64,000 nt of DNA from Candidatus Hydrogenedentota bacterium (GTDB lineage: Bacteria; Hydrogenedentota; Hydrogenedentia; Hydrogenedentales; SLHB01): assembly GCA_963674865.2 (NCBI GenBank), contig CAXXYE010000009.1:928001-992000 (forward strand). Reading direction: 5' to 3'. Numbering within the stretch: position 1 is the first letter of the stretch; the number at the start of each line of letters is the position of its first letter. Shown here piece after piece: positions 18,709 to 28,203 of the stretch. The notes under the pieces were generated by a model. The model was not told where the DNA came from, did no database searches, and worked only from the letters and a program-made list of their open reading frames with translations. The position numbers were made by a program, and so were the translations under genes.

Positions 18709-19086
18709 ATGCGAAATATGCTGTTGGTTGGGATGGGTGGTTTCGTCGGATCGGCGCTGCGATACGCGGCTTCGGGCGCAGTTCAGCGGCTTTGGCCGGC
18801 GGCGGCGTTTCCCTTGGGCACCCTGACGGTGAACGTGGTGGGCTGTCTGGCGATCGGTTTGTTGGGCGGCTACGCGGAAAACGTCCAGGCCTTCACGCCG
18901 GGCGTGCGGCTATTCGTCATGCTGGGACTCCTGGGCGGATTCACCACGTATTCCTCATTCGGCTATGAAACCATGGCGCTGCTGCGGGATGGGCAGGCCC
19001 TTTGGGCATTCGGTAACGTCGCGCTGCACATGATCGTCGGCCTGGGCGCGGTTTGGCTAGGTTACGGGCTTTCCACATTGAGCTGA
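18709..19086 (+). CDS. crcB: Fluoride efflux channel CrcB/Fluc
   Basis: GGFVGSALRY, FPLGTLTVNVVG, GLLGGFTTYSSF. Confidence 0.95.
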   Translation: MRNMLLVGMGGFVGSALRYAASGAVQRLWPAAAFPLGTLTVNVVGCLAIGLLGGYAENVQAFTPGVRLFVMLGLLGGFTTYSSFGYETMALLRDGQALWAFGNVALHMIVGLGAVWLGYGLSTLS

Positions 19087-19094
19087 GGTGAACG

Positions 19095-19427
19095 ATGCTG
19101 CCTAAGGACGGACAACTGCTGCGGGTGTTCATCGGCGAGAGCGATCGGACGGACGGCAAGTCGCTTTATGAATGGATCGTGCGCAAAGCGCGCGAGGCGG
19201 GGATGGCCGGCGTCACGGTGCTGCGGGGCCTCGAGGGCTTCGGCGCCCACAGCCGTATGCACACGGCGAAAATCCTCCGTTTGTCGCAGGATTTGCCCAT
19301 CGTCATCGAGATTGTGGATGCGCCGGAGAAGATCGAGGCGTTCATTCCCACCATCGAGGGCGCCATCAAGGAAGGCCTGATGACAGTCGAGAACGTGCAG
19401 GTGCGCTTTTATCGCGGCGGGGCGTAG
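19095..19427 (+). CDS. DUF190 family protein
   Basis: LLRVFIGESD, GVTVLRGLEGFG, LSQDLPIVIEIVD; usual crcB neighbour. Confidence 0.9.
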   Translation: MLPKDGQLLRVFIGESDRTDGKSLYEWIVRKAREAGMAGVTVLRGLEGFGAHSRMHTAKILRLSQDLPIVIEIVDAPEKIEAFIPTIEGAIKEGLMTVENVQVRFYRGGA

Positions 19428-19495
19428 AACGGATTCAGAGGGGCAGGCAATTCGCGGGACACCCTTTTCTTTTTTCAACCAGGAGGGCCAATTCG

Positions 19496-21490
19496 ATGCA
19501 GTTCTTGAAGTCAGTTGAGGCGCCCGGCGTCTCTTTTCGCTATGACGGCCGGGCATCGGACGAGTTCCTGGGGCAGTGGGAGGCCGCGGCGCGCACGGAG
19601 TCGGTTCCCTCGGGGACAATGGAGCACCGGACGTGCCTCGACGATGTCACGGGCCTGGCGGTGACGGTGCACGTTCGCCGGTTTGACGACTTCGCGGCCG
19701 TCGAGTGGGTGGCGGAATTCGAAAACACCGGGACGGCGGATACGCCCATCATCGAAGATATCCTGCCGCTTGATATTTCGATTCCCGTGGACAAGGGCGA
19801 AATGGTGCGGCTGCATCACGCCAACGGCAGCTCCTGCCGGATGGACGACTTCCTGCCCATGAGCACGAATCTTCCGCCACGGGCGAGCAAGACGCTCACG
19901 CCCGTGGGGGGGCGCTCATCGAATGGCGTCATGTCGTTCATGAATCTCCAGCGCAAGGATTGCGGCCTCGTGCTGGCCGTGGGGTGGTCGGGCCAGTGGT
20001 CGGCCTCCTTCGGGCGGGATAACGAGGGCGCCTTACGGCTCACGGCGGGCATGGAGCGGACGCACCTGCGGCTGCATACGGGCGAGAAGGTTCGCACGCC
20101 GCGCATGCTGGTACTCGGCTGGGACGGTGACGATCCCGAAGCAGGCAACAACCTCCTGCGGCAATTGATGCTGGCGCATTATCTGCCGCGCATTGACGGC
20201 ACATTGGTGGTTCCGCCCGTGGCGCAATGCCTCCAGGCGTATTTCTATCTCACGGACAAAGCCGGGGAGGCCTTCGAGATGAAGGCCCTGCCGAAGGCCT
20301 CCGCGGCGGGCGTAGATACCTACTGGATCGACGCCTGCTGGTACGGCGGCCAAGGATCGTGGTCATCCCAGGCGGGGTCGTGGGTGGTGAACCGGGACAA
20401 GTTCCCCAACGGCCTGAAGCCCATCAGCGACGCCGCCCACGAGAAGGGCATGCCCTTTGTGCTCTGGTTCGAGCCGGAGCGCGCGCGCGTGGGATCGCTG
20501 CTTCACCAGGAGCACCCGGAGTTCTTGCTCGCCTGCGAATCCGATACCAGCAACCTTCTGCTGAACTTGGGCCTGCCCGAGGCGCGGGAACACATCACGG
20601 CTCTTATCTCCGAGGCCATTACCGAGCACGGCGTCGACGTCTACCGCCAGGACTTCAATTTCGATCCGCTCCCCTATTGGCAGGCGGCGGATACGCCCGA
20701 GCGCATCGGCATGACGGAGATCCGCCACGTCGAGGGCCTCTACCTCTTCTGGGACGAGCTGCGCCGACGTCATCCGAAGCTATGGATCGACAACTGCGCC
20801 AGCGGCGGGCGGCGCATCGATCTCGAAACCATGTCGCGCTCGCTGCCGCTGTGGCCGAGCGATTTCCCGGACATCGTGGGCCTGCCGTTCGGACAAGGGC
20901 TGCACGTGGGCGATCAGTGCATCAACGCGGGCCTCGCGCGCTGGATTCCGCTCTTCGGCGGCAGCGTATGGAACTTCACGCCCTACAGCACGCGCGGGCC
21001 GATCATCGGCGGATTCAGCTTCGGTTTTCACATCGAACAGGACAAGTTCCCCTCCGATGACACCGCGTCCGTGGTGACGCCGCACGATGTGATGGCCCTC
21101 GGAGAGACGCTGCTCGACGATGACTTCCCCGTGGATCTTCTCAGCGCCGCCATCGGCGAATGGGAGAGCGTCCGGCCTTTCTTCACGGGCGATTTTCACT
21201 TGCTCCTCCCGCTCACGGCGGCGTATCACGACTGGTGCGCCTGGCAACTCCATCGGGAGGACATGGGGGCGGGCGTCGCGGCCTTCTTCCGGCGCCACGC
21301 GAGTCCATTCTCAACGATGGAGATCGGCCTCAAACGCGTCGATCCCGCAGCCGAGTACGAGGTGAGCATCAGCCCAGGCTACGAAGAGGCGCCCAAGACG
21401 CGCATGGCCGGGCAGCAGCTGGCCAGGCTGACGATCACCATCCCCGAAGCGCGCAACAGCCTCCTTCTCCGCTACACGCGGGTGGAGTAG
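19496..21490 (+). CDS. Alpha-galactosidase-like glycoside hydrolase (GH36)
   Basis: YWIDACWY, FVLWFEPE, YRQDFN, DNCASGGRRID; AGGAGG RBS before ATG 19496. Confidence 0.85.
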   Translation: MQFLKSVEAPGVSFRYDGRASDEFLGQWEAAARTESVPSGTMEHRTCLDDVTGLAVTVHVRRFDDFAAVEWVAEFENTGTADTPIIEDILPLDISIPVDKGEMVRLHHANGSSCRMDDFLPMSTNLPPRASKTLTPVGGRSSNGVMSFMNLQRKDCGLVLAVGWSGQWSASFGRDNEGALRLTAGMERTHLRLHTGEKVRTPRMLVLGWDGDDPEAGNNLLRQLMLAHYLPRIDGTLVVPPVAQCLQAYFYLTDKAGEAFEMKALPKASAAGVDTYWIDACWYGGQGSWSSQAGSWVVNRDKFPNGLKPISDAAHEKGMPFVLWFEPERARVGSLLHQEHPEFLLACESDTSNLLLNLGLPEAREHITALISEAITEHGVDVYRQDFNFDPLPYWQAADTPERIGMTEIRHVEGLYLFWDELRRRHPKLWIDNCASGGRRIDLETMSRSLPLWPSDFPDIVGLPFGQGLHVGDQCINAGLARWIPLFGGSVWNFTPYSTRGPIIGGFSFGFHIEQDKFPSDDTASVVTPHDVMALGETLLDDDFPVDLLSAAIGEWESVRPFFTGDFHLLLPLTAAYHDWCAWQLHREDMGAGVAAFFRRHASPFSTMEIGLKRVDPAAEYEVSISPGYEEAPKTRMAGQQLARLTITIPEARNSLLLRYTRVE

Positions 21491-21541
21491 TAAGTCGTTT
21501 CTTGAGGAGGCTGACGCTCGGCGTGGGGCCGGCGGAAAGCA

Positions 21542-21583
21542 GGGACAGACACGTCTACGCTACGCTTCGCTTGCGTCAGTCCC
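21542..21583. repeat. Dispersed palindromic repeat, copy 2
   Basis: GGGACAGACACGTCT...CGCTTGCGTCAGTCCC shared with 28134-28185. Confidence 0.75.
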
Positions 21584-21791
21584 TACCTTCCGCTGTCATT
21601 GGACGGCGCGGAGGGCCTGCCTCGTTCTCGGGGTCTTTTCGTCTAACGCGGCGTCCTCAAGGCGATCCCACTCCGGTGGACGTCTGGCCTGGAAGTGCGG
21701 TTCCTGGTGGGAGGCGGCTCCTATCGGAGGGGGTGTGTATAGCCCGCCGTGGCATCCGCATGTTTCCTTGGATTCGCTCTACTCACCCATA

Positions 21792-22164
21792 GACACGAGA
21801 TCTGAACAACCCCGCGTCCCAGGAGGGGGCAGCCGCATGTAGCCGTGGATTAGCGTAGCGAGCCCACCGACACGAGACCTCAGCAATCCCGCGCCCCCGG
21901 AGGGGGCAGCCGCATGTAGCCGTGGGTGAGCGCAGCGAGCCCACGGAAACCGGCCCGCCCTGGCGAGAGCCCCGAAGGGGTGGCCGCGACTGCCATCACC
22001 GCAAGGCGGATTTCGGGGAGAAATTCAGGGCGCTGCTTGAGGCCCACGGCGTCGAGTTCGACGAGGAGTACACCTGGCTGTGAAGTGCGGGCGCTATCAC
22101 CCCATTCTGGGCTCTTGATAGGGGATGCTGCTTTGTCCGTGGGCTCACTTCGCTCACCCACGGC
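21792..22164. repeat. REP/BIME-like cluster: two 77-bp tandem units plus an inverted copy
   Basis: 21792-21868 and 21869-21945 each contain GTAG-CCGTGG...GAGCCCAC; inverted unit CCGTGGGCTCACTTCGCTCACCCACGGC at 22137-22164. Confidence 0.8.
21994..22083 (+). pseudogene. C-terminal remnant of an IS200/IS605-type TnpA (Y1/RAYT-like) transposase
   Basis: Translates HHRKADFGEKFRALLEAHGVEFDEEYTWL*, resembling the HH+xxFxEExxxLLxxHGVEFDERYxW tail of IS200-like TnpA. Confidence 0.7.
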
Positions 22165-22338
22165 GCCCCATTCGCGGCGCCAGGCAATCGGCATCGGATT
22201 GCTCAACCGAGACGCCCCGTCCGTGGATTGCGGCGCTCGTCCACCGGCATGCGCTATCTCCCCTTCGGGGCGACATGAATTCGCGTGAAACGCCGAAAGA
22301 CCTCTGTCTATGATGCGGGCCCCGGCGCGGAATGGACG

Positions 22339-22368
22339 TTGACACGGGCGGCGGCGTGAGGGTAGGTT
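22339..22368 (+). promoter_or_regulatory. Putative sigma70 promoter
   Basis: TTGACA-18 nt-TAGGTT. Confidence 0.45.
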
Positions 22369-22401
22369 AGGCCGCATGGCTCGCGCGTAGTTACCGGCGG
22401 T

Positions 22402-22565
22402 CCGCCTTTCTCACCTATCACTCAATGGGAACGGGCTTGGTGATGACAGGCAGCGGAGAAACTCGCTGGAGACTATGCAGACTCGCAAGGGTGGGCCACG
22501 ACGTAAGACGCCCGTTCCGCATGACTTGCGTGCGGCGTCTCGTTATGCGGTTGTGAGAAAGGCGG
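22402..22565 (+). ncRNA. Candidate structured RNA (unknown family)
   Basis: Perfect 13-bp closing inverted repeat, nested 9-bp stem, further hairpins including a GCAA tetraloop. Confidence 0.45.
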
Positions 22566-22612
22566 GTTAGGCGCCTTAGTGCGGATAAGTAATGCAGGAA
22601 GGGGACGGTTCC

Positions 22613-23596
22613 ATGGCGAGCAAAGATGTGCCGCGGGATAAGCGGATTGTCATTATCGATCGAGGTTACGGTACGTACGATTACGAGCGGGAGGTACTGG
22701 AGGCGGCGGGATACTCCATCGACATTTTCCGCGGGCACCACGAAGACGTCGCCGGGCGGATTGCCTTCTCGCAGGGCGCGCCGGGCATCATGATGCGCTG
22801 GACGCCTATCGACAACGCCTTCCTCGATGCCTTGCCGGATCTGAAGGCCATCGTGCGCTACGGCGTCGGCTACGAGCATATCGATCTCGAGGCCGCGTCC
22901 GCCCACGGCGTGAAAGTGGCGATTGTCTGCGGATACGGCAATCACTCCGTTTCGGATCACGCACTGACGCTGCTGCTTTCGTGCATGCGAGGAATATCGC
23001 TCGGGGAGCGGCTTTTCGAGTCCACGGTAGGCCACCCGCCGCGCCTCGACGTGATGGAGTTCAAAGACGTCACGCTCGGGATCATCGGCCTGGGCCGCAT
23101 CGGCGGCACGCTATCGCGCAAGGTTCAGTCGCTGTTCGGGCGCGTCCTGGCTTACGATCCGTACATCCCCGACGAGAAGTTCGCCGAGGACGGGGCGATC
23201 AAGTGCGATCTGGACACGTTGCTCGACGAGAGCCACATGATCAGCATCCACTGCAATCTGACGGAGGAGACGACGAAGCTTCTCGGCTGGGAGCAGTTCG
23301 AGAAGATGCGGCAGCGGCCCGTCATCGTGAACACCGCGCGCGGCCCCGTCATCGACGAGCAGGCCATGCTCGACGCGCTGCACGAGGATCGAATCCACAG
23401 CGCGGGCCTTGACGTGTTCTCCATTGAGCCGCCTTTCCCAAAGCTCGACCCGCTCTGGAAGCATCCGCGCGTAATGGCCACGTGCCATTTCGCCTACTAC
23501 AGCCAGAACGCAATAGCGGCGGTGCAGCGAGGCGCCGCGGAGCGCATGCTCGCCATGCTCCGGGGAGAGACGCCCCCGGACTGCCTCAATCCATAG
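22613..23596 (+). CDS. D-isomer-specific 2-hydroxyacid dehydrogenase (CtBP-like)
   Basis: RYGVGYEHID, GIIGLGRIG, VNTARG, AGLDVFSIEP. Confidence 0.9.
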   Translation: MASKDVPRDKRIVIIDRGYGTYDYEREVLEAAGYSIDIFRGHHEDVAGRIAFSQGAPGIMMRWTPIDNAFLDALPDLKAIVRYGVGYEHIDLEAASAHGVKVAIVCGYGNHSVSDHALTLLLSCMRGISLGERLFESTVGHPPRLDVMEFKDVTLGIIGLGRIGGTLSRKVQSLFGRVLAYDPYIPDEKFAEDGAIKCDLDTLLDESHMISIHCNLTEETTKLLGWEQFEKMRQRPVIVNTARGPVIDEQAMLDALHEDRIHSAGLDVFSIEPPFPKLDPLWKHPRVMATCHFAYYSQNAIAAVQRGAAERMLAMLRGETPPDCLNP

Positions 23597-23722
23597 GCGC
23601 GGACGGCGGGTCGCCGCCTGTGCATCGTGTTGGAGGGAGGCTATGCCGACGCGCCCAGCAACACGCGGACAATGACGACTGTCGGCCTTGGCCCAGCGCT
23701 CGATACTACCAGCAGGCCGCGT

Positions 23723-24889
23723 TCAGTTGTGAGCGTCTGACGAGGAGGCTTCACCGCTGAGGTCGGCGGCGTCAATGTCGCCGCGATCTGGCGAAACGCT
23801 CGGTGTGAGGAGGCCCGGTTCTCCCGTCTTCGCATCTTCCTCGGCGCCCGCTGACTCATCCGAAACTCTCGTGTACCTATCCTGCGGGATACTCAGTTCT
23901 TCGCGATTGATAGGACGAAGCACCCAATCCCTGAAATACCTTACCTCAACCGTGCACGGCCCGTCTGGTTTCACAGAGAACTCCGCATAGATCTTGGGCA
24001 AGAAGACGGAGGCCGTCGCGGGCGTGAAACCGAGCCACTGCATTTCGCGGACGACCTTGGCCTCATGCTTGTAGGACGCTCGCACAAGACTCGCGTGCTT
24101 CGCGGAGAACACTTGCTCAACCATGTTCCCAGTGTGCCGGTTGCGCAGCCCATAGAGGTACAAATCATCGTCAAGTCGTTCGTAGATCAACTCCTGATCC
24201 GCTCTCACGAGGTTCTCGTGCGGAATCTGATCCCATCGAAGGAAGGAAGGGTCAAGCGCGGCAAGGCGATAGTGATCAGTAAGTCCGCCGGGAGTGGCCA
24301 CACGCAAGGTGCTGTTCGATACGCTGTACTGACGGGTTCCATCATTGGCAATGTCCGTAGGCAGATAGTCGCCCTTAATGTGTGTCCTTTCATCAGCCGA
24401 TAATTCCTTGAGAGTCCACTTATTGGCCTCATCGCGGGAGCGTCGGATGGTGTAAATGAGACTGTCTCGCGCGACGTTCTGCGACAACCGAAAAGAGTCT
24501 TTATCGTACACCATTGACACCGAGCGCTGGATAAGCGGAAGCCACCTCTCCTTGACAAAGCGATCGGATACGAAGACCGCTTCATCGGACGAGGAGGCCG
24601 ATGAGTCTCGGTTGCGAATGGCCGACAGCGCCTGTTGAAAGGCCTCATAGGCCGCATCATGATTGGGATCAGCCGGTGTGCCTGGAAACGCAAATGTCGA
24701 GAAAGTGGCCTCAAACTCCCCTGCGGAGGCGGCCTGGCTTCGCGTGCCGACAAGATTGAGCAGATCTGTCAGAGGAAGTTGCTCGGGCGATGCACAAAGA
24801 CATGCGAAGAGGACAATAGGGACAATAACCATAGCAGTACGCAGCCTCCATTTTTTCTCCAGTGCCGAATCACAGGCCGGACATTTCAT
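23723..24889 (-). CDS. Hypothetical exported or membrane-anchored protein
   Basis: ORF of about 388 aa; MKCPAC start followed by a hydrophobic segment; no family recognised. Confidence 0.55.
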   Translation of the reverse strand: MKCPACDSALEKKWRLRTAMVIVPIVLFACLCASPEQLPLTDLLNLVGTRSQAASAGEFEATFSTFAFPGTPADPNHDAAYEAFQQALSAIRNRDSSASSSDEAVFVSDRFVKERWLPLIQRSVSMVYDKDSFRLSQNVARDSLIYTIRRSRDEANKWTLKELSADERTHIKGDYLPTDIANDGTRQYSVSNSTLRVATPGGLTDHYRLAALDPSFLRWDQIPHENLVRADQELIYERLDDDLYLYGLRNRHTGNMVEQVFSAKHASLVRASYKHEAKVVREMQWLGFTPATASVFLPKIYAEFSVKPDGPCTVEVRYFRDWVLRPINREELSIPQDRYTRVSDESAGAEEDAKTGEPGLLTPSVSPDRGDIDAADLSGEASSSDAHN

Positions 24890-25024
24890 TCCTCCCACCC
24901 CCGTCGTCGCCGGCCCAATCGGAAGGCGCGGCGAGTGCCTGAGTGTCTCACAGGGAAATACACCAGGCTGTCCAGTCTATTCGCTCCGCGCGCCGCCCGC
25001 CCTCGATGCGTCCGCCCCAGCCCC

Positions 25025-25549
25025 CTACGCGTCGTCGCCCGCGGCGAGGTATTCGCTCAATGCGCCGCTCGTGCGGCGGAGCCGCTCGGTGATCATGCGG
25101 GCGATCTTCCTGAGGAGCGCGATGGCGCATTGCGGCCGCTCCTCGGCGAGGCCGGCGAAGTTCTGTTCCGTCATCACGAGCAGCAAGGCCTTGCTGTGCG
25201 CTATGACGGACGCCGACCTCGGCTGCGTGTCGATGAGAGCCATCTCGCCGAAGGTTTTGCCGGGGCCGAGTCGTGCCAGAGGCGCCGCGCCGGGACAGGA
25301 CATGTCCTTGGCCACGTCCACCTCGCCGTGGGCGATGATACACATGTAGGCGCCCTGATCGCCCTCCCTGAAAATCACGGCCCCCGGCTGGACTTCGTAG
25401 GCGTGCATGAATCTGGCCAGGCACTGAATCTGTCGCCACGAGAAGTCACTCGCCCATTGCGTCTTCTCAAGGATTTCGCTCTGCTGGGCCGCCGAGTACT
25501 CGGCCTTCTTGGCTCCCAGGATATTACTCAGAGGTCCCGTGTCGGACAT
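25025..25549 (-). CDS. Cyclic nucleotide-binding domain protein
   Basis: IFREGDQG, FGEMALIDTQPRSASV; no HTH. Confidence 0.9.
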   Translation of the reverse strand: MSDTGPLSNILGAKKAEYSAAQQSEILEKTQWASDFSWRQIQCLARFMHAYEVQPGAVIFREGDQGAYMCIIAHGEVDVAKDMSCPGAAPLARLGPGKTFGEMALIDTQPRSASVIAHSKALLLVMTEQNFAGLAEERPQCAIALLRKIARMITERLRRTSGALSEYLAAGDDA

Positions 25550-25577
25550 ATCAGTTTGCCCCTCCCAGTGTCAGCTG

Positions 25578-28085
25578 TCAGCCGGCGTCGGACACCGGCC
25601 GCTCCAGCATATCCACCTCGGCAAGCGTCTGCTCCGCCGGCCGCAAGCGGAGCGACTTCACCTCGAAGCCGCCCAGCGCCACCTCTTGCTCGAAGCCAAG
25701 TGCGGGAATCGAGAGCGTGGTGGTTAGTGGACTGCCCGTCGGCTCATAGAGTCGTATGATGTAACCCTCGCCGTCTTCGGCCTGCTTGAAGGCGGAGAGT
25801 TGCACCACGTCATCGTCGAGCATGAGCCCCGGCTTCGGCGCTTCTCCCGAGCCGTCCGGAAAGAACGACAGCGCGAAGGGCTTCTCATTGCGAACCAACG
25901 CCTCCCGCTCGATTTTCGCCAGCCGCTCATCGCTCGGCCCGGCATTGAGCCAGAAGCGGAACACACGCTCGCCCTGATCGATCCGCGGGCGGAAGCGATC
26001 CTGCGGGACAATCGGCCGCTTCCCGATGGGATGGCCTGAATACGCCGGTGAGCGCACAAGGGAAAGGCGGAGTTCGCCTTCCGCGCAGTCGGCGCCGTAG
26101 GTACCATCGTTGATGCAGGTGAGGCCCCGGGCGTCCTGCTCCGATACCACCGCCATCCATTTCTGCGCGGCGGCCTCGCGGCCCGTCGTCGGAAAGTCCT
26201 GGACGCCGAAGGCCGTCTGTCCCAGGAACCGGGCATCGGCCAGCGTGGTGGGCACGGACAGCTTCAGCATCCGGCTCTTCTCGCTCCAGAATACCCGGAT
26301 CTCGATCTCCAGCTCGCTCCCCTGCTTCGGAATCCCGTAGCGCACCACGGCAAACGAGTCCGCGTAGCGGAATACCGATTCGATAACCGCCCTTACGGCG
26401 CCGTCCTCGATCACACGAACCGAATCGATCGCCCCCCGGGAGACGCCCGAAAAGCGCGTGCCCTCTTCCGGCGGCATCAGCTCGAATCCGCCGACAGCAT
26501 CGCGGAAACTCTGCACCAGCATGCCCCAGGGATCTTCATTGTCATCTATCACGAGCAACCGGAATGCGCCGTGTTTGAGATAGTCAACGCCATCCACGGC
26601 GTAGCGTTCGATGAGTCCGGTTGCGGTGCTAATCTGTACTTCGATGTCGTCGGTCTTCACGGCCAGCAAGCCGTTTTCGGGCCGCAAGGCCGGCTTCGGC
26701 CGCTCAGGCAGCACCTCGAGCGTGCAATCGAAGCGATTCATGCTGCTCGGGGCCAAGTCGGCGAGAAAGACGGGCCGCTTGCGCCAATCGAGATTCAGAT
26801 TGCCGTGTTCCCGCTCCGTCTGACACGGTATCGGCTGCCCCGCCTGGTGGACAATGGGCGCCGTGAACTGCTCCTCCCAGTTAGCGTCGGCGATCTGGAA
26901 CTCGCACGCCACGACGGTGCGCACGGGGAAGGGGTGCGGATTGTACACGAAGATGGGAATCGTGCCCTCGTCCGCCTTGGCCTGTCCGGAGGCCAGGGCG
27001 AAGAAGGTGCGTGCGCGCCGGCGCGACACGACTTCAAGGCCGTGATCAAGTAGGCGCAACGCCGCCTCCTCGACGGGCTGAACCGATGAGCCGGGCAGAA
27101 TATCGTGAAACTCGGCAAGCATGAGGTCGCTCAATGCCTCGCTGAGCACTTCACGAGGATAGGGAACAAGGCCCTGGATGGCCGCGTTGGCCGCCATCTT
27201 CTCGAGGGCATAGATGCCGTTCTCAAGTTCGCGGTGCTTCTGCTTGATCCGAACCTGCGAGGTGTAGCATCCCACGCCCCAGGGGTTGATATCGCCCTCA
27301 TGGCGCGGCAGCTCCGCCCCGCTCGCGCGCAACTCCTCGAAGTATCGCTCGGGCGTGGAGTGAATGATCGCCGCGTCCTCCCGCGATTGCGTCAGTTCCC
27401 GCAGCCTGTCGAGATCCTTCCGGGAAGGCCCGCCTCCGTGATTTCCCACGCCCCACAGGACGAGGCCCACCTCCTTCTCGCCGTGCTCGCGCAGGTAGTC
27501 CTCGACCTTCTCGCCCGCCTTGCCGCGGGGACAGCAGTACCAGCCCTGAGTGCGGTGTCCCGTCACCTCCGAGCCGTCGAATCCTACCCATGTGAAATCC
27601 GGCCCGGGCAGCAGGCAATCGCGTTCTCCCGGCCGGCAGAAGAGGTAAGCGTCGTAGCCGCTCTTCTTGAGGATCTGAACGAGGCCCCGGCTGTGCCCGA
27701 AGGGATCGAAATTGATGGCCGTCGTCGGCTCGACGCCGAAGCGCTTGCGGAAATATGTCTTCCCCAGCAGGATCTGCCGGACGAATGACTCGCCGCTCGG
27801 CATATTGCAATCAGGCTGCAAATACCACCCGCCCATGATGTGCCATTTGCCTGCGCGCACCAGTCCCTGGATGCGCTTGAAAAGGGCGGGGTCGTACTCC
27901 TCGACCCATTGATAGAGCACGACCTCGTTATGGTTGAAGATGAAGCCGTCATAGGCCTCGCACAAATCCGCCGCCGTCCGAAAGGTCGAGATGGCCTCGG
28001 CGGCGCCTTCTTCCCATTCCCAAAGCCACACCGGGTCGAGGTGGGCGTTACAGATCAGGTGCACCTTCTTCATTGTGCTCTCCAT
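25578..28085 (-). CDS. Alpha-mannosidase (GH38)
   Basis: NAHLDPVWLW, PSGESFVRQ, DPFGHS, GNHGGGP, FHDILPGS. Confidence 0.95.
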   Translation of the reverse strand: MESTMKKVHLICNAHLDPVWLWEWEEGAAEAISTFRTAADLCEAYDGFIFNHNEVVLYQWVEEYDPALFKRIQGLVRAGKWHIMGGWYLQPDCNMPSGESFVRQILLGKTYFRKRFGVEPTTAINFDPFGHSRGLVQILKKSGYDAYLFCRPGERDCLLPGPDFTWVGFDGSEVTGHRTQGWYCCPRGKAGEKVEDYLREHGEKEVGLVLWGVGNHGGGPSRKDLDRLRELTQSREDAAIIHSTPERYFEELRASGAELPRHEGDINPWGVGCYTSQVRIKQKHRELENGIYALEKMAANAAIQGLVPYPREVLSEALSDLMLAEFHDILPGSSVQPVEEAALRLLDHGLEVVSRRRARTFFALASGQAKADEGTIPIFVYNPHPFPVRTVVACEFQIADANWEEQFTAPIVHQAGQPIPCQTEREHGNLNLDWRKRPVFLADLAPSSMNRFDCTLEVLPERPKPALRPENGLLAVKTDDIEVQISTATGLIERYAVDGVDYLKHGAFRLLVIDDNEDPWGMLVQSFRDAVGGFELMPPEEGTRFSGVSRGAIDSVRVIEDGAVRAVIESVFRYADSFAVVRYGIPKQGSELEIEIRVFWSEKSRMLKLSVPTTLADARFLGQTAFGVQDFPTTGREAAAQKWMAVVSEQDARGLTCINDGTYGADCAEGELRLSLVRSPAYSGHPIGKRPIVPQDRFRPRIDQGERVFRFWLNAGPSDERLAKIEREALVRNEKPFALSFFPDGSGEAPKPGLMLDDDVVQLSAFKQAEDGEGYIIRLYEPTGSPLTTTLSIPALGFEQEVALGGFEVKSLRLRPAEQTLAEVDMLERPVSDAG

Positions 28086-28133
28086 GCATTGTCGGTATGA
28101 CTGACGCTGATGGCGTCATATCTTCGAAGGCCA

Positions 28134-28185
28134 GGGACAGACACGTCTTCGTCCGCCTGCGGCGAACTCCGCTTGCGTCAGTCCC
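28134..28185. repeat. Dispersed palindromic repeat, copy 3
   Basis: See 5121-5172. Confidence 0.75.
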
Positions 28186-28203
28186 CGTTTTGCGCTTCTA
28201 CGG

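Noticed and set aside
21792..21945. CRISPR array
   Set aside because: Only two contiguous 77-bp units without unique spacers; no cas genes.
22402..22590. SAM-I riboswitch or retron msr-msd
   Set aside because: Only fragments resemble SAM-I (no AUCnAGAG or GCAACC core), and no RT is adjacent. Kept as an unknown RNA candidate.
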